NCBI GenBank assembly: GCA_964344185.1
Contig: CAYFMN010000007.1
Coordinates: 36,954 to 100,953, forward strand
Source: an uncultured Nitrospinota bacterium
GTDB taxonomy: Bacteria > Nitrospinota > Nitrospinia > Nitrospinales > JAJDAT01
Direction: 5' to 3'
DNA: 64,000 nucleotides
Part shown: positions 45,253 to 54,807 of the stretch, one piece after another
How the letters are laid out: each line of letters starts with the position of its first letter
Numbering within the stretch: the first letter of the stretch is position 1
Notes under the pieces: model-generated
What the model was told of the DNA's origin: nothing
Databases searched by the model: none
What the model saw: the letters and a program-made list of their open reading frames with translations, nothing else
Translations under genes and position numbers: made by a program

Positions 45253-47406
45253 GTGATTATCTTTCGTCGGCTACTTCCTTTTGCGTTTTTTTCTTTTTTG
45301 GCATTGATTAATTTTTGGCCGTCAAGCTCACCTTTTGCCCAAAAAACTGAATTTACCTCCTCTTATAGATCGCTTATCCGTCCAATAATTTCCGAGCAAA
45401 ACAAACTAACCACCAAACCCACAGTAGAAAGCAAAGATGACTTCATATACTCCCCTCCAATAAACTGGAGCGCAAAAACTAGCGAGCAGTGTGTCACATG
45501 CCATAATGGTATTGAAGCAATAAGCGACTCTCACCCTCCAGAAATTGGGTGCGTTGTATGTCATGGGGGCAATCAAAATTCAAAAACAAAAGAAGAAGCG
45601 CATCGTGACCTAATTTACGATCCTATTTGGGGCGTTGGCAAAAAAAACCCATCTCATTTAAATTTAGCAAACAAATCTTGCGGTCAAAACGGGTGTCACC
45701 ACTCTTCCTACTCCCCAGGCCAAGATCATATATCCAGGCTAAAAAAATCCATAATGGGGACTTTAGCTGGCGTCATTTCCGGTCTGCGCTACCAATGGGC
45801 CGCTCAAGTATTCAAGTCGGCTCAGTACGGTGTCTATCCAGTCGAAAACTTGGATTTTCAAGATGTAGGATTACCTTTTTTAGAGCCCCTTCCGTTTTTT
45901 TCCAAAGCTGATTGGAGAAGAAACGCTTTAAAAAATAAATCCAACATCAAAAAAGGAAAATTGTCGCATCATATTGCCGACAACTTGTTACGCAAATCTT
46001 GCTTTCAATGTCATCTGGATTCCCCTCCTCCGTCTGGTATTTTTCGTGGACAAGGATGCGCAGCATGTCATATGCCTTATTCTAAAGATGGTCTTTATAC
46101 AGGTAACGATGGCTCCATAGATAAGACTCAATCTGGTCACGTCGCTAAACATAAATTTGAAGCTCTCCCGCCAGACTCCACATGCATAACCTGCCATCGC
46201 ACATTTGCCGATGAAAAAAGGTTTTCCCATAAAAACAGAGAAAACGTATTAACTAAAGCCAATTTGCTTCCAGGACTTGGCGTCCCTGTAAAAGACCTTC
46301 ATTTCAAAAAAGGAATGGATTGTATCGATTGCCACACGTCAAACGATATAATGGGAGATGGTAATATATATTCTAAACAACACGAGGCGGTCGAAATTCG
46401 TTGTCAAACCTGCCATGGCACTTATAATACATTTCCTGAGGTTGGCAAAATAATTGATCCAAACGATCCAGCTATTTTGGTCAGTAAATATTATCAAAAT
46501 GGTCAAAACCATGAAGGCGATATTCTTGCTCTATCGGAAAAAAAACAAAAGTTGTCAAATGTAAAAATGATAGACAACAAGTTGTCCGTCGTAGGTAAGA
46601 GAACTGGAAAAATATTTCCGATCCCTATGATCCACAAAAGCAAAAAATCACATGCTATTGAGGTTCACCAAGAAAAACTAGAATGTTCAGCCTGCCATTC
46701 CCAATGGGTCCCAAAATGTTCAGGATGCCATTTAACTTTTAACCAAAAAGAAGAAAACTTTGATGGAAACTCCTGGGTCAAACAAAACTTTCAATTATCC
46801 GCAGAACAACCAATCTTAATGGTAGGCCCAAGAGGTAAAGTAACTCCGATGCTAGTTCAACCAGAAAGGCACATATCAATTTTTGATAAAGAAGGGAATC
46901 CTATTCCAGTAATAAATTCTAAAGGCGACTGGTCGGGCGACTATTTAGAAAAGACATTTTTAAACCCAGAAGGATACTCAGGATCGCATCTAGCTTTCTC
47001 AAGTTTTCCCCATACGGTTTCTTCAAGAACACGTTCCTGCGAAGACTGCCATATAAACCCAGAAACCCTGGGATTAGGATCAGGAAAACTAATTTTAGGG
47101 AATAATGTCTCGGGAGAATCAGACACAATGCAATATCTAAATAGATCTGTAAAATTAGCTGAAAAAGTCGACGTTCCTCCTGACGCATTTACAACAATTA
47201 GGGGACAACCTGTTGCCGGAGTCTCGCAAAAAAACGCTCGACTTTTTAATCAGAAAGAAATTTCACGTATTTTAAAAGTTGGAAATTGCATACCATGCCA
47301 TAACCAAGAAAGAGATAAAATTTACCAAAACATGACAAAAAGTTATAAATTTGCCGGGACGAACAACCACCGACTACTTAGACAAAAAATATTAAAGGCT
47401 CAGTAA
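45253..47406 (+). CDS. multihaem cytochrome c, 12 haem-binding motifs (11 CxxCH plus one CX4CH)
   Basis: Signal peptide. The motifs are CVTCH, CVVCH, CGQNGCH, CFQCH, CAACH, CITCH, CIDCH, CQTCH, CSACH, CSGCH, CEDCH and CIPCH, counted in the given translation. GTG start. Confidence 0.85.
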   Translation: MIIFRRLLPFAFFSFLALINFWPSSSPFAQKTEFTSSYRSLIRPIISEQNKLTTKPTVESKDDFIYSPPINWSAKTSEQCVTCHNGIEAISDSHPPEIGCVVCHGGNQNSKTKEEAHRDLIYDPIWGVGKKNPSHLNLANKSCGQNGCHHSSYSPGQDHISRLKKSIMGTLAGVISGLRYQWAAQVFKSAQYGVYPVENLDFQDVGLPFLEPLPFFSKADWRRNALKNKSNIKKGKLSHHIADNLLRKSCFQCHLDSPPPSGIFRGQGCAACHMPYSKDGLYTGNDGSIDKTQSGHVAKHKFEALPPDSTCITCHRTFADEKRFSHKNRENVLTKANLLPGLGVPVKDLHFKKGMDCIDCHTSNDIMGDGNIYSKQHEAVEIRCQTCHGTYNTFPEVGKIIDPNDPAILVSKYYQNGQNHEGDILALSEKKQKLSNVKMIDNKLSVVGKRTGKIFPIPMIHKSKKSHAIEVHQEKLECSACHSQWVPKCSGCHLTFNQKEENFDGNSWVKQNFQLSAEQPILMVGPRGKVTPMLVQPERHISIFDKEGNPIPVINSKGDWSGDYLEKTFLNPEGYSGSHLAFSSFPHTVSSRTRSCEDCHINPETLGLGSGKLILGNNVSGESDTMQYLNRSVKLAEKVDVPPDAFTTIRGQPVAGVSQKNARLFNQKEISRILKVGNCIPCHNQERDKIYQNMTKSYKFAGTNNHRLLRQKILKAQ

Positions 47407-47414
47407 CCAAAAAG

Positions 47415-50273
47415 ATGAAATCAGGTTTATTCAAAAAATTCCTTTTTCTCTCAATCCTATTAACCATAGTTATATCTATATCGTTATCAATTTCTTTAGC
47501 GCAACCGTTTAATTACCCTTACAGTTCGCCGTTTAATTTAGATAGAGATTATTTCAAAAATAGAAAAAAAATTATTCCTGACACAAAGCAGAATTCACCT
47601 ACACAGGAGAAAACTAATCAATCCTTAACAGAAGATCAAAGTTTTTCCGTTCATGAAGATGAATTGACGTCGCAAAATAACGCATCTTCTAACTCCGTAT
47701 CACAAAAAAAATTAGCAGAAGTTCCCAATCCAAACCTTAATTCAAATATTGACGCAGGCGACCTGAGAGATCCGCTATTATCAGTTCGAGGTATGGATAT
47801 GGAAGCTCAGGAGGTTCTAAATCCTGGGACAACAATTGATGGGATTCGTTTTTTTTCTTCCGGACAAACTCAATCGTTTATAGAGGCTGAGTATAGAAAC
47901 TCCAATTTCAAAATCAACGACGTGTATGGTCGTGTGGTCGCTTACGATAAGGGACAAAAGTGTTTGACATGTCACGGCGGGATCGAAGAAATTAGCTCCA
48001 ACCATAGGTTTTCCTGTACTCGCTGCCATGGAGGAAACGGAAGAGCGTATTCAAAAAAATCGGCGCACAGAAAAATGGTTTCAAATCCTTCCGACCTAAC
48101 TCATGCGCCTAAATATTGTGGAAAATGCCATGCAGACCATATAGATAAGGTTTCTAAATCCTCTATGGCAACGGCTAAAGGACAAATTAACCTCACCCGT
48201 TATAACTGGGGAGTACAAGATCTTAAATCTCCAACGTTATCATTGATTCCCGACGCGGATAAGGGAGAGAAGTTATTTCCTCCGGAAACTGAAGCGGACA
48301 CCCCTCCTGAGCCGGTTGATGATTTTTTGCAAAAAAAGTGTCTCCGTTGTCATATCCAATCTCCAAGTCCTCATAGAGCGGGCGAATATAGAGCCACTGG
48401 TTGCGCATCATGCCACATGCCTTATGCTAATGATGGAATGTCAATGACAAGGGATCGAGCTATTCAAACGGTACAAAGAAAAAAACTTAGAAAACAAAAG
48501 AAACCATTAAGCAAAAAAATAGCGGCAAAGTCTTTTAAGAACTCGCGAGGTTATCCAATTTTACATAAATTTACTATCGCTATTCCCAGTTCGCAATGCG
48601 AAACGTGCCACCATGAAAGCGGTCCAGGAATTGAGTATGAAGGTCTTTTTAAAAAACCCGCACGAGAAAAACCTCTTTCAAATTCCATAGACAAAGATAA
48701 ACCCATCTTATTTGGCTCTGAACACAAATTTTTAATTCAGGATATCCATCGCGAACGCGGTATGCATTGCATCGATTGCCATGAAGGCAACGAGTTGAAA
48801 AATCCAAACTCTACTTTTCCCAAACAGGGTCGAAGCGAAAGTCTTAAATGCGACGACTGCCACGGAACACATGAAAAAGCTCCGGGCGAATTTCTTTTAG
48901 TTCAATCATTAGACAGAGCCAAACAAATTATTAAAACAGTCGACTTAAACCCCAATCTACAGGGAAAAATAAAATTTGGCGATTTAATAATGAGAGACAA
49001 CCTGGGAAACTTACGACCACACATTAAAAAGCATAAAAATAAATGGATCTTAATTTCTAAAGTGACAGGTAAAAAACATATTATTCCTATCCTAAAAGAT
49101 GATAAAGCTCCAGTGGCCCATTCCTTGAAAAAACATATGAACTTAATAGAATGCGCTGCTTGCCACGCTAGATGGACATACGCCGAATGGGGCAACCATG
49201 TCATTTTAGACAATAGACCCAATTTAGAAACATGGAAAGATTGGAACTTTTCCGACCCTAACCTGCAACAAACGCTATTTGGCGACAACAAAACCGTTGG
49301 ACAAATATCTTATTTAAATCAAGATTTTAACTGGCTTACGGCGACAGATTCAACTGATGAAATATCAGGAAGATGGCAACCTGGAGTTTGGTTAGAACTA
49401 ACGTCGAAAGTCTCTTGGAAAAAAATGATATTAGGGAAAAACTCTAACGGTAAATATTCGATCTTAAAGCCTAGAAAACAATATTTTGTTTCCGAAATAT
49501 CGGTTGAAGGAGAAACGCTTAAATCGACCGTAATTCCAAGCCTTCACAATGGAAACCCTGGATTGTTGATGACGCCTTATACTCCTCATACAATTCGAAA
49601 AATTGCTCGCTCCTGTGAAAGTTGTCACTCAAATCCTGAAACCCTGGGATTGGGAGACCCCAAACTCAAAACCATTCTCGACGCGCCGTCTTTTTTCGAA
49701 GGAATAACCGATTCCTCATCATTACCCATAGATTTCCAACTTTGGCAAGCAATGGATTCTAATCGAGTTTTGCTGCAAAGCGTTTGGCCTCTTGGAGCAA
49801 GATTTTTGAACTCTAACGAATTATCTATGATACAAACAAAAAACGATAAATACCGAGCCAATAGATATCTCGCTTTGCGGGAACGAGGATTTCCCAAATT
49901 ATTGAGTAGAAATGCGTTTCCATACGACATACGGCACAAAGCTAAAAAAGAACTATACGGCCCTCCCCTTAACAATGAAGATTCCGTAATGGAAGAAACC
50001 ACCGATAACGACATCGATATGGTCATGAAAATCATCAAAGAGTCGGAAGCTTCCCCTCCTTCGCAAGTCATGGAAACTGAATCTTCAATTAATGACGATA
50101 CAGTTCCGGCTTTATCCGGGCAAAACTCTCAAGAAATATATCCATACCCCCCCAACCAATCGCAGCTAGAAAACAATATAAGCGATAATGAAGAAGTTTT
50201 ACCGCCTAATGGTTGGCAATCTTTATCACAAGAGAAAACTATGGAGTTTTCAGAATCTCAAAACGCTCCTTGA
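47415..50273 (+). CDS. multihaem cytochrome c, 10 CxxCH motifs, paralogue of the upstream gene with low-complexity N- and C-terminal extensions
   Basis: Signal peptide. The motifs are CLTCH, CTRCH, CGKCH, CLRCH, CASCH, CETCH, CIDCH, CDDCH, CAACH and CESCH. It is collinear with the upstream protein (for example SCE(D/S)CH.NPETLGLG). About 190 aa at the N-terminus are S/N/Q-rich and about 130 aa at the C-terminus form an acidic tail. Confidence 0.85.
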   Translation: MKSGLFKKFLFLSILLTIVISISLSISLAQPFNYPYSSPFNLDRDYFKNRKKIIPDTKQNSPTQEKTNQSLTEDQSFSVHEDELTSQNNASSNSVSQKKLAEVPNPNLNSNIDAGDLRDPLLSVRGMDMEAQEVLNPGTTIDGIRFFSSGQTQSFIEAEYRNSNFKINDVYGRVVAYDKGQKCLTCHGGIEEISSNHRFSCTRCHGGNGRAYSKKSAHRKMVSNPSDLTHAPKYCGKCHADHIDKVSKSSMATAKGQINLTRYNWGVQDLKSPTLSLIPDADKGEKLFPPETEADTPPEPVDDFLQKKCLRCHIQSPSPHRAGEYRATGCASCHMPYANDGMSMTRDRAIQTVQRKKLRKQKKPLSKKIAAKSFKNSRGYPILHKFTIAIPSSQCETCHHESGPGIEYEGLFKKPAREKPLSNSIDKDKPILFGSEHKFLIQDIHRERGMHCIDCHEGNELKNPNSTFPKQGRSESLKCDDCHGTHEKAPGEFLLVQSLDRAKQIIKTVDLNPNLQGKIKFGDLIMRDNLGNLRPHIKKHKNKWILISKVTGKKHIIPILKDDKAPVAHSLKKHMNLIECAACHARWTYAEWGNHVILDNRPNLETWKDWNFSDPNLQQTLFGDNKTVGQISYLNQDFNWLTATDSTDEISGRWQPGVWLELTSKVSWKKMILGKNSNGKYSILKPRKQYFVSEISVEGETLKSTVIPSLHNGNPGLLMTPYTPHTIRKIARSCESCHSNPETLGLGDPKLKTILDAPSFFEGITDSSSLPIDFQLWQAMDSNRVLLQSVWPLGARFLNSNELSMIQTKNDKYRANRYLALRERGFPKLLSRNAFPYDIRHKAKKELYGPPLNNEDSVMEETTDNDIDMVMKIIKESEASPPSQVMETESSINDDTVPALSGQNSQEIYPYPPNQSQLENNISDNEEVLPPNGWQSLSQEKTMEFSESQNAP

Positions 50274-50276
50274 GTT

Positions 50277-50954
50277 ATGTTACAAAAAACAAAATTTATA
50301 TTTTTTTCCTTATTCGTTGCTTTCATTAGCCATTGTTTTAACGACTTTGCATATTGTAAGACGATCATTGAAAAATTAGGATGCGATGGATGTCACCGCT
50401 TTTCGTCCAACTCGAACGAAAAAAATAGAACCGCTCCAGATCTATTTTTCGCCGGAAACAAATTTAAAACAGATTGGCTAATAAGTTTTCTCCAGGATCC
50501 TGAAACGATAAGACCAGGCGGTTTTATCTTAAGCCCAAATTTCCTTACAGGAGCTAAAATTAAAAAGCACCCAACAGTTTCTAGTAAAGAAGTTAATCTA
50601 CTTATCGACTTCCTTATGAAGTTAACGCTTGATGATTTTCCCGAAGGAAAGATCGATGATGCTCCCCTTTCAAAAGGCCAAAAAGCAAAAGCTAAAATCA
50701 AATTTGAAAGAACTTACGGCTGCACCGCATGTCATCAGGCAATCAACCTAGCCAAGAAACCTCGCGGAGGGATTTCCGGTCCTTCGCTCATAAACGCAGG
50801 AAATAGGTTAAAAGGCGACTGGATTTACGACAAACTTAAAAACCCAAGAAAATACGAACCGAAAAGTCGCATGCCAATCTTTAAACTTTCGGAAAAAGAT
50901 TTTATCTCCTTAACAAAATATGTATTAAACCAAAAGAAAGAAAATTTACGCTAG
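50277..50954 (+). CDS. dihaem cytochrome c (two class I / cbb3-type cytochrome c domains)
   Basis: Signal peptide. CDGCH and CTACH are each followed by (A/G)P(D/S)L..AGN(K/R)(F/L)K.DW(L/I), and by MP in the second domain. It lies 3 nt after the upstream stop. Confidence 0.75.
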   Translation: MLQKTKFIFFSLFVAFISHCFNDFAYCKTIIEKLGCDGCHRFSSNSNEKNRTAPDLFFAGNKFKTDWLISFLQDPETIRPGGFILSPNFLTGAKIKKHPTVSSKEVNLLIDFLMKLTLDDFPEGKIDDAPLSKGQKAKAKIKFERTYGCTACHQAINLAKKPRGGISGPSLINAGNRLKGDWIYDKLKNPRKYEPKSRMPIFKLSEKDFISLTKYVLNQKKENLR

Positions 50955-50971
50955 CAAACCAAAACTTTAAA

Positions 50972-51430
50972 ATGGACAAATTAAAAAATTCCAAACTCAA
51001 AATAGTTCCCGCTATTTTTTTCATCTTTCTATTTTGCGCATGTGGGCAATCTCAAAAAGAAGAGCGCGCCTCGGTCCCTCCAATACCGAAGAAACAAGTA
51101 GAACCTATCGTCCAAGAAAAATTAGATCCCTATCCAGTCACGGAAGAAACCCGCGAAACATACCAATGGTATTGCGCTCAATGCCATGGAACCAAGGGAA
51201 AAGGAGACGGTATCAATTCGCCGCACGTAACTGTACCCCCCAGGAACCATACTAAGGCAGACTATCTGGAAACTCGTAGCGACCAAGAGTTATTCGACGC
51301 TATCAGTAAAGGCGGATTAAAAGTCGGGCGAGCCCCCTGCATGCCCAGTTGGGGAGCTACATTTGATAAAGAAACTATCTGGTCGTTAGTGCGATATATT
51401 AGAGAACTCTGTAAATGCGAAGCTGTTTAG
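50972..51430 (+). CDS. monohaem cytochrome c lipoprotein
   Basis: Lipobox-like FLFCACG, haem site CAQCHGTKGKGDG, and distal Met candidate in CMPSWG. Confidence 0.7.
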   Translation: MDKLKNSKLKIVPAIFFIFLFCACGQSQKEERASVPPIPKKQVEPIVQEKLDPYPVTEETRETYQWYCAQCHGTKGKGDGINSPHVTVPPRNHTKADYLETRSDQELFDAISKGGLKVGRAPCMPSWGATFDKETIWSLVRYIRELCKCEAV

Positions 51431-51447
51431 CTTTTTTGATTTAACGG

Positions 51448-51476
51448 TTGACAAAACGACCAAATAATTGCAGTAT
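51448..51476 (+). promoter_or_regulatory. sigma-70-type promoter candidate for the riboswitch-btuB transcript (TTGACA-N17-CAGTAT)
   Basis: TTGACA at 51448-51453, a 17-nt spacer and CAGTAT at 51471-51476, placed about 15-20 nt before the riboswitch P1 stem. Confidence 0.4.
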
Positions 51477-51494
51477 CTTGTTACATTTTAATAA

Positions 51495-51648
51495 GCATTT
51501 CCGAAATTAAGGGAAGACGGTGAAAATCCGTCGCGGTCCCGCCGCTGTATTGAGGTACGAAACTCGCACTATGCCACTGTTCTCTATTTGAATGGGAAGG
51601 CGCGATGAGTAGGTTAAGCCTCTAAGTCAGAATACCTTATCGGAAACG
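51495..51648 (+). promoter_or_regulatory. cobalamin (B12) riboswitch aptamer
   Basis: Conserved core aaGGGAAgacGGTGaAAatCCgtcgCgGtCCCGCcgCTGT, B12 box GCCACTG (51572-51578), GGGAAGGC, and AGTCAGAATACC. P1 pairing is tttccgaaattaagg / ccttatcggaaa. Confidence 0.9.
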
Positions 51649-51704
51649 TTTCGTTTGCTCTTCGAGGATAAAGAGGTAATCGCTCTAAGTGTATATTCCC
51701 TTTT

Positions 51705-51729
51705 TCCCCTGGAAAAGGGGATTTTTTTT
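51705..51729 (+). terminator. intrinsic terminator-like hairpin of the riboswitch expression platform
   Basis: TCCCCT-ggaaa-AGGGGA (6-bp stem) followed by T8 at 51722-51729, about 60 nt after the aptamer and 170 nt before the btuB-like ATG. Confidence 0.55.
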
Positions 51730-51900
51730 GGGATCGTTTTTCTTTACTTTTAGTTTTTCAAAAACCACAGTTTACGGACTGCATTCCTCTCTATCTTCTA
51801 GAAACTCGTATCGAGCAAAATAAAAGCATTTAATTGGTAACTAGGTATTTCCAATTAAATAATTATTTAAGCAATACTTCAACGAGCATAAAGAAGAAAT

Positions 51901-53745
51901 ATGAAAACTAAAAAAAACCAATTGCTTTTATCCATAATATTTTTTGTTTCTTTCACCGCTTTAGCTACAGCCCAAGATGCAGAAAAGATGGAACCAATAG
52001 AAGTAAAATCCACCCGTCTTGATTTCACCAAAGAAACGACGCCAGCTTCAGTGACAATTATTACAGAAGAAGAAATTAAAAAATCAGGTCAATTTTTAGT
52101 TGAAAAACTTATAAGGACGGTACCAGGTTTGACGGTTACCCAAAATGGAGGACTTGGGCGATTATCTAGAGTTAACATTAGAGGAGCAGGATCAAATTCC
52201 ACGTTGGTAATGATAGATGGAATCCAAGTTAACGCTACCCTCGACGGATCTTTCGACTTCAATGATCTCAATATCGATAACATTGAAAGAATAGAGGTTT
52301 TAAAAGGACCACAATCTACTCTATGGGGAGCCGACGCTGTTGGCGGGGTTATTCAAATTATTACAAAAAAAGGAATGGGGGAACCATCTCACTACGCTTC
52401 GTTTGAAGGCGGTAGCTTTTCTACTTTTAAAGAGACTGCTGGAAGCTCAGGAACTATAAAAGATTATGAATATTCTATTTCCGCCTCTAGAACCGATTCA
52501 GAAGGAATTACTGCAGCCGCAAAAAATTTAGGAAACTCGGAAAAAGACGATTATGAAGCTTCAAACTTTTCCTTAAGGTTAGGAAAAAAGTTTCTCTCAG
52601 ATGGTAAGATCGACCTAATTAGCCGGTACACAAAATCCTCGGGAGAGTTCGACGATTTTAGTCGGACCACTTTTCGTCCTAACGACGGGGCCCAATTCTC
52701 TAAAGGCGACTCGCTATATGTTGCCGTTCCAATAGAAAAAGGGTTGAAGAAATGGTGGAATGTGAAATTAAATTTAAACTTCTCTTACGATAAATCTAAA
52801 AGCTATGGTAGTACTGACCCGCTTTTTGCCGCTACTTCAACAATTTATAACCGAACTTGGACCGCTGATTTTCAAAACAAATTTGAGTTTGGTCGCGGTT
52901 TTTCAAGCGTTGCAGGTTTCGAACATCAAGTTTTAAATGGAACCAACCAAGAAAGCAATTTACACGTTTCTAATTTCCAGCAGGGATTTTATTTTCAAAC
53001 CAAATATAACTATAAAGATCAGCTTATTTTAACCGCAGGAGTTCGCTTCAATAAAAATCAAGTTTTCGATAACAGAACTACCTACCAATTTGAAGGTCTA
53101 TATAAAATCAATCAAACAGGAACCACTATAAGAGCTTCTACAGCGACTGGCTTTCGCGCACCCACAGGCAACGACTTATTTTTTCCTAATTTCAGCAATC
53201 CCAATCTCAAACCAGAAGAATCGGATAATTGGGAAATTGGTTTTGACCAATCCTTATTCAATAACAAATTAACTTTTGGAGCTATTTATTTTGATTCTGA
53301 AATAGAAAATAAAATTCAGTTTGACTTGGCTACTTTTAGCATCGGTAACGTTGGCTTAGCCAATTCTAAAGGTATTGAAAGCTACATCAGCTATAGGATT
53401 ATAAAATATCTAGGTTTTAGCGCTAACCATACCTGGAATCAAGCGGTGGATGGCGATAAAGCTCCTTTAACAAGAGTTCCCAAACATGCGTTTAACGCTT
53501 CGTTAGATTATCTTGACGGTCCTTTAAATGGACTGTTAGCCGTTTATGCCCGGAGCGGTATTCGCGATGGAGTTTTTAATACCGCCGGATTCGCAACACT
53601 CCGAGTCGCTTTAAAATACCAAGTAACCGAGAACTTAAAAATTACGGCTCGAGGAGAAAACCTTCTAGATAAAGATTATGAGGAAATTCCAGGTTTCGAG
53701 ACGCCGGGCATCGCTGGATACGGCGGTTTTTCCTATAATTTTTAA
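51901..53745 (+). CDS. btuB: TonB-dependent outer-membrane receptor, BtuB-like (riboswitch-controlled)
   Basis: Signal peptide. The plug domain has IEVLKGPQSTLWGADAVGGVIQIITKKG. The beta-barrel region ends in aromatic ...GFSYNF. It lies downstream of a cobalamin riboswitch. Confidence 0.8.
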   Translation: MKTKKNQLLLSIIFFVSFTALATAQDAEKMEPIEVKSTRLDFTKETTPASVTIITEEEIKKSGQFLVEKLIRTVPGLTVTQNGGLGRLSRVNIRGAGSNSTLVMIDGIQVNATLDGSFDFNDLNIDNIERIEVLKGPQSTLWGADAVGGVIQIITKKGMGEPSHYASFEGGSFSTFKETAGSSGTIKDYEYSISASRTDSEGITAAAKNLGNSEKDDYEASNFSLRLGKKFLSDGKIDLISRYTKSSGEFDDFSRTTFRPNDGAQFSKGDSLYVAVPIEKGLKKWWNVKLNLNFSYDKSKSYGSTDPLFAATSTIYNRTWTADFQNKFEFGRGFSSVAGFEHQVLNGTNQESNLHVSNFQQGFYFQTKYNYKDQLILTAGVRFNKNQVFDNRTTYQFEGLYKINQTGTTIRASTATGFRAPTGNDLFFPNFSNPNLKPEESDNWEIGFDQSLFNNKLTFGAIYFDSEIENKIQFDLATFSIGNVGLANSKGIESYISYRIIKYLGFSANHTWNQAVDGDKAPLTRVPKHAFNASLDYLDGPLNGLLAVYARSGIRDGVFNTAGFATLRVALKYQVTENLKITARGENLLDKDYEEIPGFETPGIAGYGGFSYNF

Positions 53746-53839
53746 ATACTAATATATTTAAAAAATAGCTCCAACTTTTCAAAATTACCGCTTTAATGTA
53801 AAATCGTAGATCAATTTCAATATTGAGAATAAGCTTCCA

Positions 53840-54436
53840 ATGATCTACCAATTACAACTCAAAATAGTTTCCGCTTTTTTATTTAGTTCATTAGTTTTAT
53901 TTCCATCCAATCTGGTTTTTGCAAACTCCGCTAAAGATTGGTTTGAAAGGGGCAACATTTTTCGAAATGAAGGAGCGTATCAAGAAGCTGTCGAGGCTTA
54001 TGAAAAATCAGCGGAATTAAACCCCAATTATTGGGTGGTCTACCAAAACCTGGGGTTGGCTTATCAAAAATTGCGCAACTTTGAAAAAGCCGTTGAAGCT
54101 TTTCAAAAAGGCTTAAAACTAGCTCCACATAATTTAGATATTCATTTGAGTTTGGGCAATGTCTATAATTTTTTAGAGGAATGGGAAAAAGCAATTTCTC
54201 ATATTAACTTGGTTGTCCATCGCCGCCCTAACGACGCAATAGCGCATGGAAACCTGGGCTGGGCTTATTTTAATTATAACTCAGGTCCCCCATTTCGTAT
54301 GCTAACTATTGTTAATTTGAGCCGAGCTGTCGAATTGTTTAAAAAAGACGGTATGCTCCAAGCAGCCGAAGCCACCCAAAAAACATTAGAAGAAGCCAAA
54401 AAAAAATTCGGATTTATTGACGAAAATCCGTTTTAA
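53840..54436 (+). CDS. secreted TPR-repeat protein
   Basis: Signal peptide and 3-4 TPR units (YQEAVEAYEKSAELNPNY, FEKAVEAFQKGLKLAPHN, WEKAISHINLVVHRRPND). Confidence 0.55.
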   Translation: MIYQLQLKIVSAFLFSSLVLFPSNLVFANSAKDWFERGNIFRNEGAYQEAVEAYEKSAELNPNYWVVYQNLGLAYQKLRNFEKAVEAFQKGLKLAPHNLDIHLSLGNVYNFLEEWEKAISHINLVVHRRPNDAIAHGNLGWAYFNYNSGPPFRMLTIVNLSRAVELFKKDGMLQAAEATQKTLEEAKKKFGFIDENPF

Positions 54437-54516
54437 ATTTAACGCCTTTTGTTATAATCCTTCTTCATAAAATTTCGTTTATTATTTATTTTTTAATTTT
54501 TTGTAAAGCGACCAAA

Positions 54517-54786
54517 ATGGCTGTAAAAATCGAAACCACTCCAACTAGAACAGAAAATTTAATAACCTTTACTTTGGATAAAGATCTAATTCCACCTGGA
54601 ACGGGTTTATCCTATCCAAATAAAGAAGCCGCTCAATCACACTCCATCGCAAAAGCCCTTTTCGAACTAAATGGAGTTGAAAGCGTATGGATTTTAGGTA
54701 ATTCAATCCAAGTGTCTAAATCGGATAATATCCGCTGGGCTTCGCTTAAAGCTAAATGCGTAGAAACGATTGCGGCGACAGCTTAG
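54517..54786 (+). CDS. Nfu/NifU N-terminal (Nfu_N) domain protein
   Basis: ETTPTRTENLITF...AAQSHSIAKALFELNGVESVWILGNSIQVSK...WASLKAKCVETI parallels the Nfu_N pattern (TPNPNSLKF...SPLA..LF.I.GV.SVF...FITV.K...W..LK..I). Confidence 0.6.
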   Translation: MAVKIETTPTRTENLITFTLDKDLIPPGTGLSYPNKEAAQSHSIAKALFELNGVESVWILGNSIQVSKSDNIRWASLKAKCVETIAATA

Positions 54787-54807
54787 AAGCTTTTCTTTAT
54801 ATTGCGG

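Noticed and set aside
51855-51870. A Fur-box-like palindrome TTAAATAATTATTTAA in front of the TonB-dependent receptor gene.
   Set aside because: It does not fit the 7-1-7 (TGATAATnATTATCA) or 19-bp Fur consensus. Its even-length symmetry and pure A/T composition make chance occurrence in this AT-rich leader likely. It is kept only as a note under the riboswitch finding.
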